Shown here: positions 13,201-26,835 of the stretch, piece after piece
Position numbering within the stretch: the stretch's first letter is position 1
How the letters are laid out: each line of letters opens with the position of its first letter
Assembly (NCBI GenBank): GCA_028534125.1
Contig: CM052817.1
Span: 55,244,001 to 55,308,000 of the forward strand
From: Lama glama
Lineage: Eukaryota
DNA: 64,000 nucleotides
Direction of reading: 5' to 3'
Translations under genes and position numbers: made by a program
The notes under the pieces: model-generated
The model's input: only the letters and a program-made list of their open reading frames with translations
What the model was told of the DNA's origin: nothing
Databases searched by the model: none

Positions 13201-15480
13201 TGTTTTGCTCTTGTAGATTAGAATGTTCTATAAATGTCAACTGGGGCAAATTGCTTGGTTGTTTTTACCATCTGTCTCATATCAAAGGCTGGTTCTCATG
13301 ATTACTTTGTCTTTGCAGAATTTGTTCTTCCTCGCCCTTCTGTATGTCTCGTAATTTCTTATCGGAAGGCTGAAATGTTGTTGTGTGTGACAGGAGACAT
13401 GAGTTAAATATTTTGTTTTGCTTGTAAAATTGAACTCCTTTCGTTCTGCCAGGCCTGTGAAGTGTGTGTGTGTGTGTGGGGGGGGGTGCTTCTGAAAATA
13501 TGGTCAGGGGCTGAGTCGGGTTCCAGGCCCCTTGTGGCTGTGGTTACTCTCATTGCACCATAGCCATCAAATTCCACTGTAACCGTGGCTTTGGGATGTG
13601 GGCCAATTTGCAGAGGTTTTTGGTTTATTTCCTCAATATCTGCTCCCTTCTTGGCCGTGAGCGTCTTTTCTGTGCTCTGGCCTGGAGAGACTCGTTCTCT
13701 CACAGTTCTCCCAGCTGTATTCTATCACTGCCTTTCCTCGGTGCTTATCAGCCCGGGTGCCACGTAGGGTGGGGGTGGTCTTGGTTCAGATTTACCCTCA
13801 GTCTTGGCTTGAACTCAGTCCCTGAGACTTCATATATGCTACTTGCCTTCTTGGAGCTGGAGTACTGGGCCGAATATGTATTCTGGCATCTTCTTTTAAG
13901 AACAGTGCTGGGTTTTAATTTTGTTTAGTACTCTTCCCCGCTAACTTGGGTTTCCTCCAATATTCTAAAGGCCCCAGGTAACAGTTTTTATTGCTTTCCC
14001 CCCTACAGATTACAGTTTGTTATCTGAAAGAAAAATGAAGGAGATCCTTCTCTGCAAATCCCGCCAGCAGCAGGTCGTCCCCTCCCCCACGACAGGAGAA
14101 GCTGCTTCTGGATTTTCCTTAGTCTTCTGTGAGCACCCGGTGGGGTCTGTGGAGGACAAGTCTGCAAAAGGTATGACTCTACTTCCCTGTATTTGTCACT
14201 TCAAGGGTTTCACACTTTCACTTTTGCCCACACTTGACTTTTAGATGTTCTTTAAAATGTTGCAGTATACCCTTTTACTAGTTGATACTTTGTTCTACTG
14301 CATCTGCCCCAGGTAAGCAAATGCTGGAGTATTGTTCTTTCAAGGGCAAGCGTTTCTGCAGATTCTGGGTCACTCGTTTGTTCTGCAATTTCTGTTCTCT
14401 AGCGGGTTCAAGGGGAGTGGTTGATTTGAAATTTGTCAAGCGTTTGCCTTGTTGTAATGGTAAGGGGGATACTTATATGTGTCCCTCTACAATTCTGAAC
14501 TGAATCTGGAAGTCTTTCAATTTTATTTTGATTAATTATGTCTTCCTCAGCCTAGTATATTTTTCTCCGTCATTTTGCTTTTAATCTGTTTGCATCGTTA
14601 TACTTGAAGTATATTTCTTATAAGTAGCATGTAGTGGAGTCTTGCTCTTAATTCCTGATAATTTGTGATTTATTTAATAGATTTAAATATTTACATTTAA
14701 TGTGATTATTGATAAAGTTTGGTTTAAGTCTACCATCTTGCTATTTGTTTTTCATGTGTACCAGCTATTCTTTTTCTTACATTTTCCCTCATTCTGACTC
14801 ATTTGGGATTATTTGAATATTATTTATCATTCCATTTTATCCCTGCTTATTAGCTCTGCATCTTTAGGGTTGTAAATCTTTATGTTGACTTAAGGTTTGT
14901 AACACTTTAAAATCATCACAGTCTACTTTTAATTGATATTATGCTACCTCACATACAGTATAAGGACATTATTAGAGCAATATATATTTCTGTTTCTCCC
15001 CTCATGGACTTTATGCTATTGCCATAGATTTTATTTCTCTCTCTGTTGTAAAAATCCACAATATATTGCTGTTCGTTTAAACACTTACATTTTGAATAGA
15101 TATAAAAATTTATTTTTTAAGCAAAAAGTACCAGTTTCAGTGCTTTTTATTACTTTGTGTCCATCTAGGTTTCCATTAGTATGGTTGTTCTTTTGCTTCA
15201 GAGACTTCCTTTAATATTCTTATCATGCATAGAAGCTGGCTACTAATTCACTTGGCATATTTGGCATTCTGTATCTCTTTAAAAGCCTTTCTTTTTGGAA
15301 GATATTCTTGTTGGCTAAAGAATTTTGGGTTGGCAGTTTTTTCTTTTTTAAATATTTTAAAGATGTTTCTCCACTGTCTTCTGGCTTGCTTTTTTTTTTT
15401 TTTAAACAATACATTTGCTTTCATCTTTCTTTTTGCTTTTCTGTATGGGTTATGTTTATTTTGTTCTAGCTGTTTTTAAC
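13200..15480 (-). mobile_element. Old L1M fragments (5' region and ORF2 region)
   Basis: Reverse-strand L1 motifs, e.g. atttacatttaatgtgattattgataaagtttggtttaagtctaccatcttgctatttg and ctgccccaggtaagcaaatgctgg. (GT)n(G)n tract at ~13462-13487. Confidence 0.7.
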
Positions 15481-15504
15481 ATTTTCTTTCTCTCTTTTTT
15501 TTAA

Positions 15505-15610
15505 AGTCCTTGAGGACAGGGGGCATATCTGCTTTGCTCCTTACTGTTTCCTCAGCATTACCCCCATTGCCTGACACATAGTAAGTGCTTAGTAAATACT
15601 TATTTAAGGC
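15505..15610 (+). mobile_element. L2 3' terminus
   Basis: ccttgaggacaggg...tgcctgacacatagtaagtgcttagtaaatacttatt is the canonical L2 tail. Confidence 0.8.
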
Positions 15611-15689
15611 TATGACTCATATGGTGCTTAACATGGTTGATTTGACTGGATAAGCTCATGAAAACAGGTAGCCCAGGTAAGAAGCCACT

Positions 15690-16121
15690 CAATAAAGACT
15701 GAGTTCTGTTGTGAGTGACATGTAACATAAGATAAAAATTTCTATCACTTTCAAATAAAGGAAATTCAGATACAAGCAGTCGTGAACTGGTATAGCATCT
15801 CCATGATCAACAGGAAGTCTAATTCCTTCTATTCTGTTGCCTTGCCATTCTCAAAATATAGCTTCCACTTCACATCCAGTAGGGTTGCTTGAGCTCCAGC
15901 CATTACTTCTGCATTCCAAATCTGTGTCACATGACACTTTCTCTTATATCCCATTTGTCAGAATGTAGTCACATGGCCACACCTAATTACAAGGGAGGCT
16001 GGTGGAAATGTAGTCTTAATTCAGATAGCCATATGGCTAGATAAAAATCAGAGATACTATTACTCTGGGGTAATAAGAGGATAGAATAGATGTTGGAGGA
16101 CAACTAGCCATTTCTGCCACA
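15690..16121 (-). mobile_element. MLT1 (MaLR) LTR, MLT1J-like
   Basis: gagctccagccattacttctgcattcca...gtcacatggccacacctaattacaagggaggctgg...ggacaactagccatttctgccaca. Confidence 0.8.
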
Positions 16122-16185
16122 GTCTCCAATGACAAATATCCATTCTTTCAGGGCTGTAGAGAGGAGGCAAGGCAAGTAGGCATAT

Positions 16186-16400
16186 GTTGGTTAGCTATTC
16201 TCACACTAGTGCTGCAAAACAACCACTCCAAAGCTCAGTGACTTTAAACAGCAGTCATTTATTTTCTGTTATGCTTCTGTGAGTCAGCTGGACTGGACTT
16301 GACTCCTCACTATGGGCTGAGCTCAGATATGCTCCATGTGACCCTTCTGCCTGAGCAGAATGGTCAGCATCTACCTGGGAAAGTTCTCACTGGAATGAAA
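16186..16400 (-). mobile_element. MLT1 (MaLR) LTR fragment
   Basis: tgttggttagctatt...aacaaccactccaaagctcagtgactttaaacagcagtcatttatt. Confidence 0.7.
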
Positions 16401-16404
16401 GTGT

Positions 16405-17770
16405 GGGGTTTTTTTTGTTTGTTTGTTTATTTAGTTTTTAATTGTGAAATAATTGTATATTCACAGAAAATTTCAAAGATAGTCCCATCTACAGAGAGGT
16501 CCCATGTACCTTTGACCTAGTTTTCACCTAGTGTCCCCTGGTAGTTACATCTTATATTTAGTACAGTATCAAAAAGAATCTGACATTGGTATCATGTGTG
16601 TATAGTTCTGTGTCATTTTATCGTATGTGTAGACTCATGTAACCACTACCACGATCAAGATACAGAACTATTTCACCACAAAGATCTCCCTCCATCCTCA
16701 TTTATGGTCACATGCATCCCCTACTCCCACCATTGGTAACCCTTGCCAACCACAAATCTGCTCTACATTTATATAATTCTGTCATTTTAAGAATATTATA
16801 TGCAGTATGCAACCTTTCTAGATTGTCTTTTTTCACTCATCATAATGCCCTTGAGATCCATTCAAGTTTGTATGTATCATTAGTTCAATCCTGTTTATTG
16901 CTAAATAGTATGTTATAGTATAGCTGTACAATAGTTGATTTAACCATTCCAGTACTGAGGGGCATGGCTGTTTCCAGTTCTGGGCTATTACATATAAAGC
17001 CTCTGTGAACAGTTGTGTAGAAAGTTTTGTGTTGACAGGAGTTTTCATTTCTCTAAAATAAACATTCCAGAAGTGCAATTGCTGAGTTACATGGTAAATA
17101 TGGGTTTAATTTTTAAATTAAGCGTTTTTTGCCCTCTCTAGAAAGAAACTTATATATGTTAGAATTGTTTATTAACCTCATCCTCTTCAGTCCTAGGAAG
17201 TTACTAATCTGCCGTCCTTAGATTTTCCTATTCTGGACGTTTGATTTAACTGGATTGTAAATAAAATTATATTTTATTACTAGCTTACTTCATTCAGCAT
17301 AATTTTTCAAGGTTTATCTATGTTTATCTATGTTGTAATATGAGTCCATAATTCATTCTTTGTTACTTCTAAATATTTCACTACAGGAATATACCAATTT
17401 TCTTTGTTTCATCAGTAGAATGGATTTGGCTGTTCTAAATTTTGGTTTACCAATGCTGCTATGAATATTTGGTACAAGTTTTTAGTGGACTTATGTTTTC
17501 ATTTCTTGGTAGAGAGCTAGGAACAGAATTGCTGGGTAGTATAATAACTCTATGTTTAACATTCGGGGAACTGCCAAACTCTTTTCCAAAGTGACTGCAG
17601 CATTTTACATTTCCATCAGCAATGCTTGAGAGTTCTAGTTTTTCTATATCCTTGTCAACACTTGTTATTATCTTTGCGATTTATGCCATCCTAGTAGGTG
17701 TGAAGTGATATTGTGATTTTGATTTTCAGTTTCCCAGTGAGTAATAATGTTGAATATCTTTTCATGTGAT
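16405..17770 (-). mobile_element. L1MB/L1MC-type 3' ends (two fragments)
   Basis: tacagagaggtcccatgtacc..., gaattgctgggtagtataataactctatgtttaacatt...ggaactgccaaactcttttccaaagtgactgc. Confidence 0.8.
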
Positions 17771-18359
17771 CTGTTTCTCAAGGGAAAGATATTCTACATT
17801 GATTGCTTCAGTGTCCTGAGAAACATTTTTTTCATTTGTCCATAATTGATTTTTTTTGTTTTTTCAGGAAGGAGGGAAACCCAGTTCTATTTTTATGTTA
17901 TTATCCCAAAAGTAAGAGTCCTTTATTACAATATTAAACAAGATGATCCTTATGATACACAGAAGTCAGTTAGAATTACATTACTTTTTGTAATTGTTTC
18001 AAAACAAACCTAATAGCTGTATATGTGTTTGTAGCCTAATATACTGCAAAAAAAAAAAAATACTGTCCTGGTGAGAGTGGACTGAACTTCAGATTTAGGG
18101 CAAAAGATAAAACAGTCCCCCAAGATTTGCCTTTAAATCCAAAATCGTAAGTGCTTCCATATGTCCCATGAACCAAAATAGGATTACCATTTTAACCAAT
18201 ATTTTTCTTTTCACATGCATTTAATAAATTATTCACTGTAGTTTTCTTGGCTAATTACATAAATCACATATATAATGTGAATATATTGGTAAGAGTGACC
18301 AGTTGAACTGTAGCCTGAGCAAACTTTGGGTAAAATAACTACCTCTCAGTGTTTCAAAG

Positions 18360-18750
18360 TGCTATGTATTGAGTCATGTTTCCACCAAATTTCTATGTTG
18401 AATGCATAACCCCTGGGTCCTCAAAAATGTGGCATTATTTGGACATAGGGTTTTTACAGAGGTAACTAATCTAAAGTGAGTTTGTTAGGGTGGGCCCTCA
18501 TATGATACGATTGGTGTCCTTATAAGAAGGGGAATTTTGGACACAGAAGGAAGACAATAGGAAGGCGTAAGGAAAAGATGGCCATCTACAAGCCAAGGAG
18601 AGAGGCCTGAAACAGATTGTTACACAGCTCTAAGAAGGAACAAACCTGCTGTCACCTTGACCTTGGACTCCAGAATTGTTAGACAATAAATTACTGTTGT
18701 TTAAGCCATCTAATTTGTGGTACTTTGTTACAGAAGCCCTAACAAATACA
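18360..18750 (+). mobile_element. MLT1B/C-like MaLR solo LTR
   Basis: TG...CA termini; ggtgtccttataagaagggga...gatggccatctacaagccaaggagagaggcct...ttgtggtactttgttacagaagccct. Confidence 0.9.
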
Positions 18751-19439
18751 AAAGGGAATTAATTTATTTCAGGAACCCAGCTTTCCTTTTGCCTCCATTA
18801 GTCTGTCCTTTGCTATCAATCTGTTAGACTTGCCTTTCATTTTCGTTAGTCTTGCAGTGAACTGCAGAATAAATGTTGACTCTTTCATTATGCTGACACC
18901 ATGTTAAGCCCCCGTCTGCTCCTGGCAGGTATTTTTTTCCCAAGACAAGAACATTTTCCCCAGTGACAGAACCTAACACAAAGCAGTAACCTGCCAGAAG
19001 CTTTAATATGTCTATGGCAACAAGATTAGAATGCCATTTACTGCTAAAGTTCAAATCAACAATTCTTTGGAGGGAGGACAGGATGCTAACATCTGGAATA
19101 GCGCTTTTATCCAAAGGATAAAGAAGTCAGTTTTTTTTTTCCTTTTTGTGGTGACTTTTCTTCAATGAAGTTTTGAAAGACTGTACCAAAGGCTGTATTA
19201 AGATTCTTTCTTGAGTAGATTTCCAGTTTACCTTAGCAGGAAAGGAAGACATACATTTAATAAAGGACAGATTAAAAAGGGGAAAATAATAAATAGGGAA
19301 ACAAAAATTAATTTTACTCTCATGTGTTTGTAATTCTTTTTCAGTTCATATGTCTATTTTCTCTTAAATGATGAAAAAATTATTTATGCCAAGCATAGAG
19401 TTTAATTTAGTAAATATATGAAAAAATTAGAAGTTTTTT

Positions 19440-20920
19440 TTTAATACTTAAAATATTTTACTTTCTTCTTGTTTGCATGGTTTCCAATTAGAAGAACAAG
19501 AACAAGAATTATAATGGACTTCTTAAGTTGTTTCTTTTTTTTTCCTCAAAATTTTCCAGTTTTCATCAGTTTGAATATGATATTCCTAGGTGTGCCCTTT
19601 AATGCTTATTTTGCTTGGTGTTCTCTGAGCTTCATGGATCTCTGGTTTGTTTTCTGTCCTTAATTTTGGAAATTTCTGGGCCATTATTAATTCAAATATT
19701 TCTTCTCCTTTCAGTCTTCTCCCCTAGTATTCCAAGTATGCATATATTACACACTTTATTTACCCTGTAAATAGTAGTTCTGGATGTTCCTGTAGTTCTC
19801 AGATGTTCCATTCTGTTTCTCCTACTTCCTCCTCTTCTCTGCCTCCTCGCTGTTCCCCCTCCTCCTTCTCCTTCTTCTTCATTATTCCTTTTGCACGTTG
19901 AATTTCAGTTTAGCTTGGTAAGTTTCTATCAGTCTATATTCATGCTAAGTATTTCTTCACCAGTTTCTATCAATTGATGAGCCCATCAAAAACATTCTTT
20001 GATTTATGATACTTTTTTCCTTAATAATTCCTTTCAATTCATAGAATTTCCATCTTTCTCCTTACATCCCATATGTTCTTGCATGTTGTTGACTTTTTCC
20101 ATTAGAGCCCTTGACATGTTAATCAGGGTTATTGTAAATTTCATCTCTGAAAATTCTACCATTTGTATCATGAAACTGGTTCTGATGCTTGCTTGGTCTC
20201 TTTAGACTGTGATTTTGCTTGTCCTTTAGCATGTTTTGTAGTTTTTTTGTTGAAAGCTGTGTGTGACATATTGAATAACAGGAACTGAAGTAAATTCACT
20301 GGCCTTTAGTATAAAATTTTAAGTTAACCTAGCTAGAATTTGACCTGTGTTTAGTGTTTGCTATAGTTATATATACCAGAGGCTTCAGATTACTCTAGTG
20401 TAATTTTCACTTGTCTCCCCTATTGGCTTTGGGTTTGTCTAAATTCTTTTTGCGAAAAGTGTGTTTCATAAAGTTCTTTCAGCTGTGATCCACTGTTACC
20501 ATGCTAGAGCCTTGTTGGTTTGATAGTACAGTGGAGAAGAGGGGAAGTTTTCTATAATCATAATTACATATAATTCTTGCAGGGTACCTAGCATGTGACC
20601 TTCGCAAGAGTTTTTAAAAGGCCCCCCCCCCTTTAAGTGATACAGATAGTGGAAGCTAGAGGGGGCGAATTGCCTTTCACCCAGGCGGGATAAGGCACTG
20701 ATAAAGCCTTTATCCCTGGACAGGAGGTCTTTCTGTATGAAGTGTGCTCTGTTCTGTTTCACAATGATTATTGTTCTCTCTCACATCAGAGCCATAGGTG
20801 ATCTTTCTCAACTTTTTACTATGAAAACCCAATGCAGTTGCTCAAGATAAAACCCATGAAAGTCTTGGGTTCCCTAAGTCTGTGGCCGCAGGGGTTTCCC
20901 ATTCATTCTAGTGCTACTCA
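19440..20920 (-). mobile_element. Old L1M ORF1/5' region
   Basis: ttctctgagcttcatggatctctggtttg...ggccattattaattcaaatatttcttc and downstream L1M 5' motifs. (CTT/CCT)n tract ~19820-19880. Confidence 0.7.
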
Positions 20921-22699
20921 GCTTAAAATGAAAATAAGACTTTTTCAAAATTCTATTTGGCAAACTAGTCAGTGTCCATTAGGATTGTCATATGATACAT
21001 AATTTTATATTAAAAAATGCAAATTAGAACAGACATGAAAGTGGAGGGTTCCTCTTCTAATTCATCACTGGATAAAATACTTCCTTACATAAAATACTAA
21101 TGAACGTGATTCTAAAACAATAATTATCCACTGTAGTTGGAAAATCAAATTTAGGCTTAAAAATATGTTAAAATCTATAGCCACAGTTCTAACAAGCACA
21201 GTAATGTATCAAATGGAATGTTTAAAAATAGTATGGGTTTTAAAATCAAGCTTTTATTACTGAATATCTGCCATAAACATTGAAATTGCACATAATGACC
21301 CAAATTTATTAAAGAATCTGAAATACAAGCTTTTTATGTATGTTACTAAAGATGAGTCAGTAATTATTTATTTTTAGTTACTAAAAAATCAAGTATTATT
21401 TATATTTTATATTGCTCAGATATTTATCATTAGATTATCATTATTCAGTAGATTTCTTTCAGGCCAAGATTCTTCCTGGCTTGGAGATGACTAAAATGAA
21501 ATATAGCAAAGTACTTTCATATTTAAGAATGTAACAGCAAACCTAGTTTTGTATAAGGAATTCATTCTTATTCTTTGTACAATTAACATTTTCATAAGTT
21601 GAAATTCCGATGAGATTGCATCCAAGTATTCAACTGCCCAATTCAGTGTAGGCAGGAATTCTTTAAAGCCCTTTTTAGTGGCTCGTCTGCTGTTTATGTG
21701 GATATATGGCAGGGGAATTATTTCCTGTTGTTATTATGGTAGCTTTCTGCACTTTTTGACTCTGTTGACCACAGCCATTTGTCTCACAGATTAAGTGCTG
21801 TACCTGCATTGATTTATCTGCTATAGCACTTGTTCTGGTTTAATTTAATTATTTCTTGTGTATGCAGCTTATTGCATTAGGTTTCATGTATTTATCCATT
21901 TAAAATATATTTTGTCATGTGTTGCTAGAGCATCTGGGAACCCTAAAGTAAATAAGAGTTAAACCAATTTATGAATAATAAACCTATCCATTTAATCAGA
22001 AACCTATTTCCACACTAACAGCTGTAACTACCTGCTAAGTAAGATTACACGTATACCTGACTCTTTGAGTCAAAATACTTGCAAAACAAAATTTACTCAT
22101 ACTGTTCCCGGTTCAGTCGACTTAAAATCCCAACTTTCCTAGTCGTTGCTTTATCAGTATTGTTCTAAGTTATATTTGAAAGTTTTTGGAAATTTAAACA
22201 GTAACGTTTCTTGGGGTTCATCTGCCAGATAATGGTTCAAGAAATACCTCGTGCTGAATGCCTCCTGTGGGTCATACTTTCTATTAATACTGAGATTAGT
22301 GGTGTAATGATAAAGAAGTCAATGAGCTGTTTCATCCTGATGGGGATTTCACGGCTTATTCTCACATAGAGCAGTTATAGATTTGCTGTAGCATAATGAG
22401 GCTAAGATTATGGCTTTCATATGGAGTTCTTGGGACAGGTAAGGCTTTGTCCTACCCCCGCCCCCCCCCAGCTGTTGGTAGTCAAAGGCCTATTTTCTTC
22501 AAATCACAGGACAGCTTACCTGGGGGGTCTCATCATAAGGGCTTGGATAGGATCTTTGTCCTGTGTGCTTCCCATCCCAGAGTGACTATACAGCAGAGCA
22601 CTCCTTCCAGTGGGGGTTTTTCACAGCTCAGAGAAACTTGCTTCGAAGTTTGGATTTGGAGGATGCCTCATTCACATCCCATATTTTACTTCTTGGTAA

Positions 22700-22870
22700 T
22701 AGAGGTGAAGGTAAATTGTGTGACATAATCTATATGTTACTTTTAATCTTAATGATAATCCCATAAAGTGATTCAGCTAAAATGGCACAGTTAATGACTG
22801 ACAGAGCCAGAATGCAGGCTAGGCCTTCCTGGCCTCAATGGCCAGGCTCTTTCTCCCTGATAACATTGTC
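22700..22870 (-). mobile_element. MIR fragment
   Basis: taaagtgattcagctaaaatggcacagttaatgactgacagagccagaat...ggccttcctggcctc. Confidence 0.5.
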
Positions 22871-24018
22871 TCCAAGAGGGTAACTGCATTTTCAGGGTAA
22901 TTGCAGGTGACTGCAAAAAACTTAAAAGCATATTTTATTTGTGGTTATAGTTTATGATCTCAGACATAAACTTATGTTTATTAATTTGTAAATATCTGAG
23001 CTGTTTTCGAAAGTTTAATCATGTCAAACTTTCCAAAAAGTTTATAGCAAGACATAAGAGAGATCTTAAAATGGTATTTATGAACTGTGTATTGGACTCT
23101 GACAGCTATATACTCATTGCTTATTATTTTGTTTTCAAAATAGTATTTGGATCTGAGTTTGGTACATATGTTTAAACCTAAAGATAGTAGTTTTGCCAAC
23201 TAGTGGATAAGCTTTCAGGATATAACCAAATTTTAAAATATGGGTCTTTTTCAGGTTTGGAAATCCCAAGATAATAAATTGAGGTGCTAGATTTTCTATG
23301 CAGGCTGAGAAAAGAACATACTCAAAATCTGCTTTGACAACTCTTACCCTCACATCAAGGGTATAACATGGTTGAAAATAGAGAGGGCAGTGGTAACACT
23401 GAGGCAGGATTTATTTTGAGAGTTTCTAACTGTTCTTCATTCCCCTATCTTGAATGACATAGTTCTTCTTAGATCAAGATGAAGAAAGGACTTTAAAGAA
23501 ACTACTTACAGATATTATATTTATCCCCTGTAATTTGGGGGCTCATTGAATTGGTTTTAAATTGTGGTTGTGAAAAAAAAAGTCTCCAAGGTAAGCTGAA
23601 GTGGCTTGAAGCTGCCTAACTGCCTGGCTTTGGTCATGTTTGGAAAATAATTGCACACCTCTATGCACTTGGGCAAAGGTACATGATTTTCAGGGACTAG
23701 TCTTAGAATCTATGGTTGGACTAATAGTTAAAGATATTAAAGATCCTGGTCAAAAAGTCTGTGTCAGAGGCAAAACAAATCAGAGAATGCAGATGGATAT
23801 GAACTTTCAGATGAAGAAAAATTAACAAGACGACAATAGAGGTAGAGGGTCAATGCAGGGAGAAATACTGTCCAACATCATGATAGTTGCAGTAGGAGTA
23901 ATTGATCAGGGAGTCCACCAAAGGAAGTGGGAGGAAAAGGGTAAGCCTTCAATGTCTGCCAAAGTAAGGACTTTTGTGCTTCTTATATTTGCACTTGACT
24001 ACAATCTTAATTCTGAAA

Positions 24019-24371
24019 TGTATCAGTAAGCTCTTGCTGTGTAACCACCCTAGAACTTAGTGAGTTCAAGCAACGAACATTGATTTTTCATGACTTAAAG
24101 TGTAAACTTAGTGGTTGTTCTTGTGTAAGATGGCTTGGCTAATGTTAAGGTTCATTTGGCAGCTTGGCTGGGACGATAATCTAGGATGGCCAGTCTCACA
24201 TGGTTGGCAGTTGGCTTGAGGTCAGCCAGGACAAATGAGATTACTTGGCCACATATCTCTGTTTATCCAGCATGCTCTTCCTGACACATTCACATGGAGA
24301 TGGTCACAGTGTTCCCACATGCAGCCAAGAGAGGCTAAGGCTCAATGCACAAATACTTTAAGTCTGTTTTG
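24019..24371 (-). mobile_element. MLT1 (MaLR) LTR, apparently truncated at the inverted repeat
   Basis: tgtatcagtaagctcttgctgtgtaaccaccctagaacttagtg...ggatggccagtctcacatggttggcagttggc...caatgcacaaatactttaagtct. Confidence 0.7.
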
Positions 24372-24962
24372 CATAGTTTGGGCTAGATCCAATAGTTTTA
24401 AGGTTCTACTCCACTATAAGATTGCTTCTTAGCAATTAATTAGCAACATTACGTGGAACAAGAACTCAAAAGATGTAGCCATAGCATACTGTCCTGTTGC
24501 TTAAAGCAGTTCACAAGGATAAGCCTACAGTCTAGGAGGGAACGGGAAACAAGGGGGGAAACTATTGTGGCAGATTTTGCAAACATTATGTCCCTTGAAG
24601 ATTTTAGAAGCAGTTTAGATAAGCCAGGCAAAATGAGAGAAGAGAAAAAATACTCAATTTTACATGAAATACACAGTGTTCGTTATTTTTGCAGGACCAC
24701 TTTAGTAGGAACTGTATTGTCTGTAGTGCTTTTATTATCAGAGAATGACGGGAAAGGTTAAGACACCGTTCTCAGATTTTATTCAAATTTAGAGTAAGTA
24801 TGAACCTACTAAATACATCTGAGCAGATGTGGAAGGGGAAAAATAATAATATTGCTTTATGGCTACATCTTTTGAGTTCTTGTTCCATGTAATATTTAGA
24901 GCTAAGAAGCAATCTTATAGTGGAGTAGAGCCTCAAAGCTATTGAATCTAGCCCAAACTATG
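24372..24962. repeat. Long inverted repeat: arms 24372-24483 and 24858-24962, 374-bp spacer
   Basis: Manual alignment of the left arm to the reverse complement of the right arm gives a 62-nt block with 4 mismatches and a 36-nt block with 1 mismatch, separated by a 14 vs 7 nt divergent patch. Confidence 0.97.
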
Positions 24963-26459
24963 TTTCTTTTGGCGTATTCAGTATTAATCAAATATATTAG
25001 TTATCTGGGTGTAAAAATGAGGAGACCTTATACAAAAAAATCCTGAATTTTTAATATCATTGAAAAAGCTTCATCACTCAAGTCAGGTGTGGGCTGGAAC
25101 TGAGCATCAACTAGAGAAGATTTATGACTTCTTTCTATGAAATCCCTCCTTGGCCTACTTTAAGGTTACACAGCTAATGGTAGTAAATACATACATACAT
25201 GTAGATACACTTCTGTATGACTGCAAACCCCCTGCCTTCCCTTGCAATACCCCGCCCAAATGTATTCTACCAACCCAAATTTACAATGTTCATATTGTAT
25301 AGGATTATAGAATTGTGTTAGATTATGGCTATACTTTCTTTTTTAATTCTGTTTTCCTCTTTTGTAAATTTTTGTTATTAAGGTTTTTTTTAAAGGAGCG
25401 ATGTATGAAAGTATTGTACTGCCCTTGCTTAACATATTTTTTACAGAATTTTCTGAATTTATTTCTTTTTGTGTGAAAAAAATAATTTTTTTTTCCAAAT
25501 TTGGCTTTGGCATGTATACTGAAAGTCTTGTGTTTTTGAGATTTTTTTTGTTGTTTAAATTGAATGCCCATGTGTTTATATTTAATTTGAAAGTTCTTAT
25601 CGGTTAATACTTTAAAAACAACAACTTATTGTGTTTCACTCAGGATTGCAATTGAGAAATTTAATGTCTCGTGATTCTTACTCTTAATGGTCTATTATTC
25701 ACTTCTGGAAACTCTCATAATTTTTTCTTTTATTGATATTTTTGCATTACATTTTGATGTTTTGAGGCAGAAGGTCTTCTTAGTATCATTTGTTTGGCAA
25801 GCCAAAGGTAATTTCAGCCTAATGTCGTTTATCTAACCTTAGATTTTTGGAATATATATCCCTTTTTATAAAATAGCTCAGCCTTCCCATTTTAACTTTT
25901 CTCTTTTATTATTCATGTATTGATGCTAATTCTTTATTTCATATCTCTTGTCTTTTATTTTTATTTATTCCTTATTTTTTTTTCCTGGAGATTTTGTCAA
26001 TCTAGTTTTCCATTTGTGTTTCAGGCACTTTTCAGAGTTCACTGAATTTTGGTAATTTCAGTGATAATTAAAAAAAATTTGTAAAATATTCTACAAAGAT
26101 TTAATATTTCTAAAATAAAAAATAGAGTATTCATAAATAGGTAATGGACCAACAATTCACACATTTAACTTTTTATTAATATTAATTATTTTATTAATAA
26201 AGATACATCTAGAAAATGAGATTATACTCAAATTTAAGTCAAAGATTTGGGTATTAAAGCATATAGAAAAACTGAGCTCATATTAAAAACTCAGGGTGAA
26301 TCACTACTGTAATTATTGTGATCATTATGCAGTTATTTAATATGGCAGGGGCATGCTTATAAAATGCAAGAATATTCAAGCTATAATTTTAAGTGAAGTT
26401 TGATAGCATTATAATATATACTTAAAAGCTTCTATTGCATATTAAGAGAATTAGCCCTT

Positions 26460-26835
26460 GAAGTTAAGCCTGTGTTCATACTATTTTCTGCGTCTGGAAT
26501 ACTATTTCCTCTATTTACCAGGTTTTTCAATTCTCATCTATTGTCTTGTTTTCATTCAAGAAGTGTTCTCTGGCCTCAAAAATCTAAATTAAACTGCCTA
26601 CATAGTTTTCCTTATTACATTATAATAGCTTGGTCATAGCACTTACTAAAGATTATATATTTGTCCATTGACATTTCTATGTATCAATAGAATATACTCT
26701 CCATAGGAGTAGGATCATGCCTTCTTGTTTTTTTATTCCCAACACTTGGCTGGGAGTAGATTCAGTACATAATTTAAATAATAAATAGAAAGGAAGAAGG
26801 GAGGAGAGAGAGGGAATGGAGGAAGGAAGAATCAG
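26460..26835 (+). mobile_element. L2 3' end with (GGAA)n-type tail
   Basis: tactctccataggagtaggatcatgccttcttg...cccaacacttggctgggagtagattcagtacataatt...gaaggaagaa. Confidence 0.65.

Noticed and set aside
24372..24962. MITE/DNA transposon interpretation of the inverted repeat
   Set aside because: No TA or 8-bp TSD and no recognisable Tigger/hAT terminal motif; kept as an unexplained inverted duplication pending a copy-number search.
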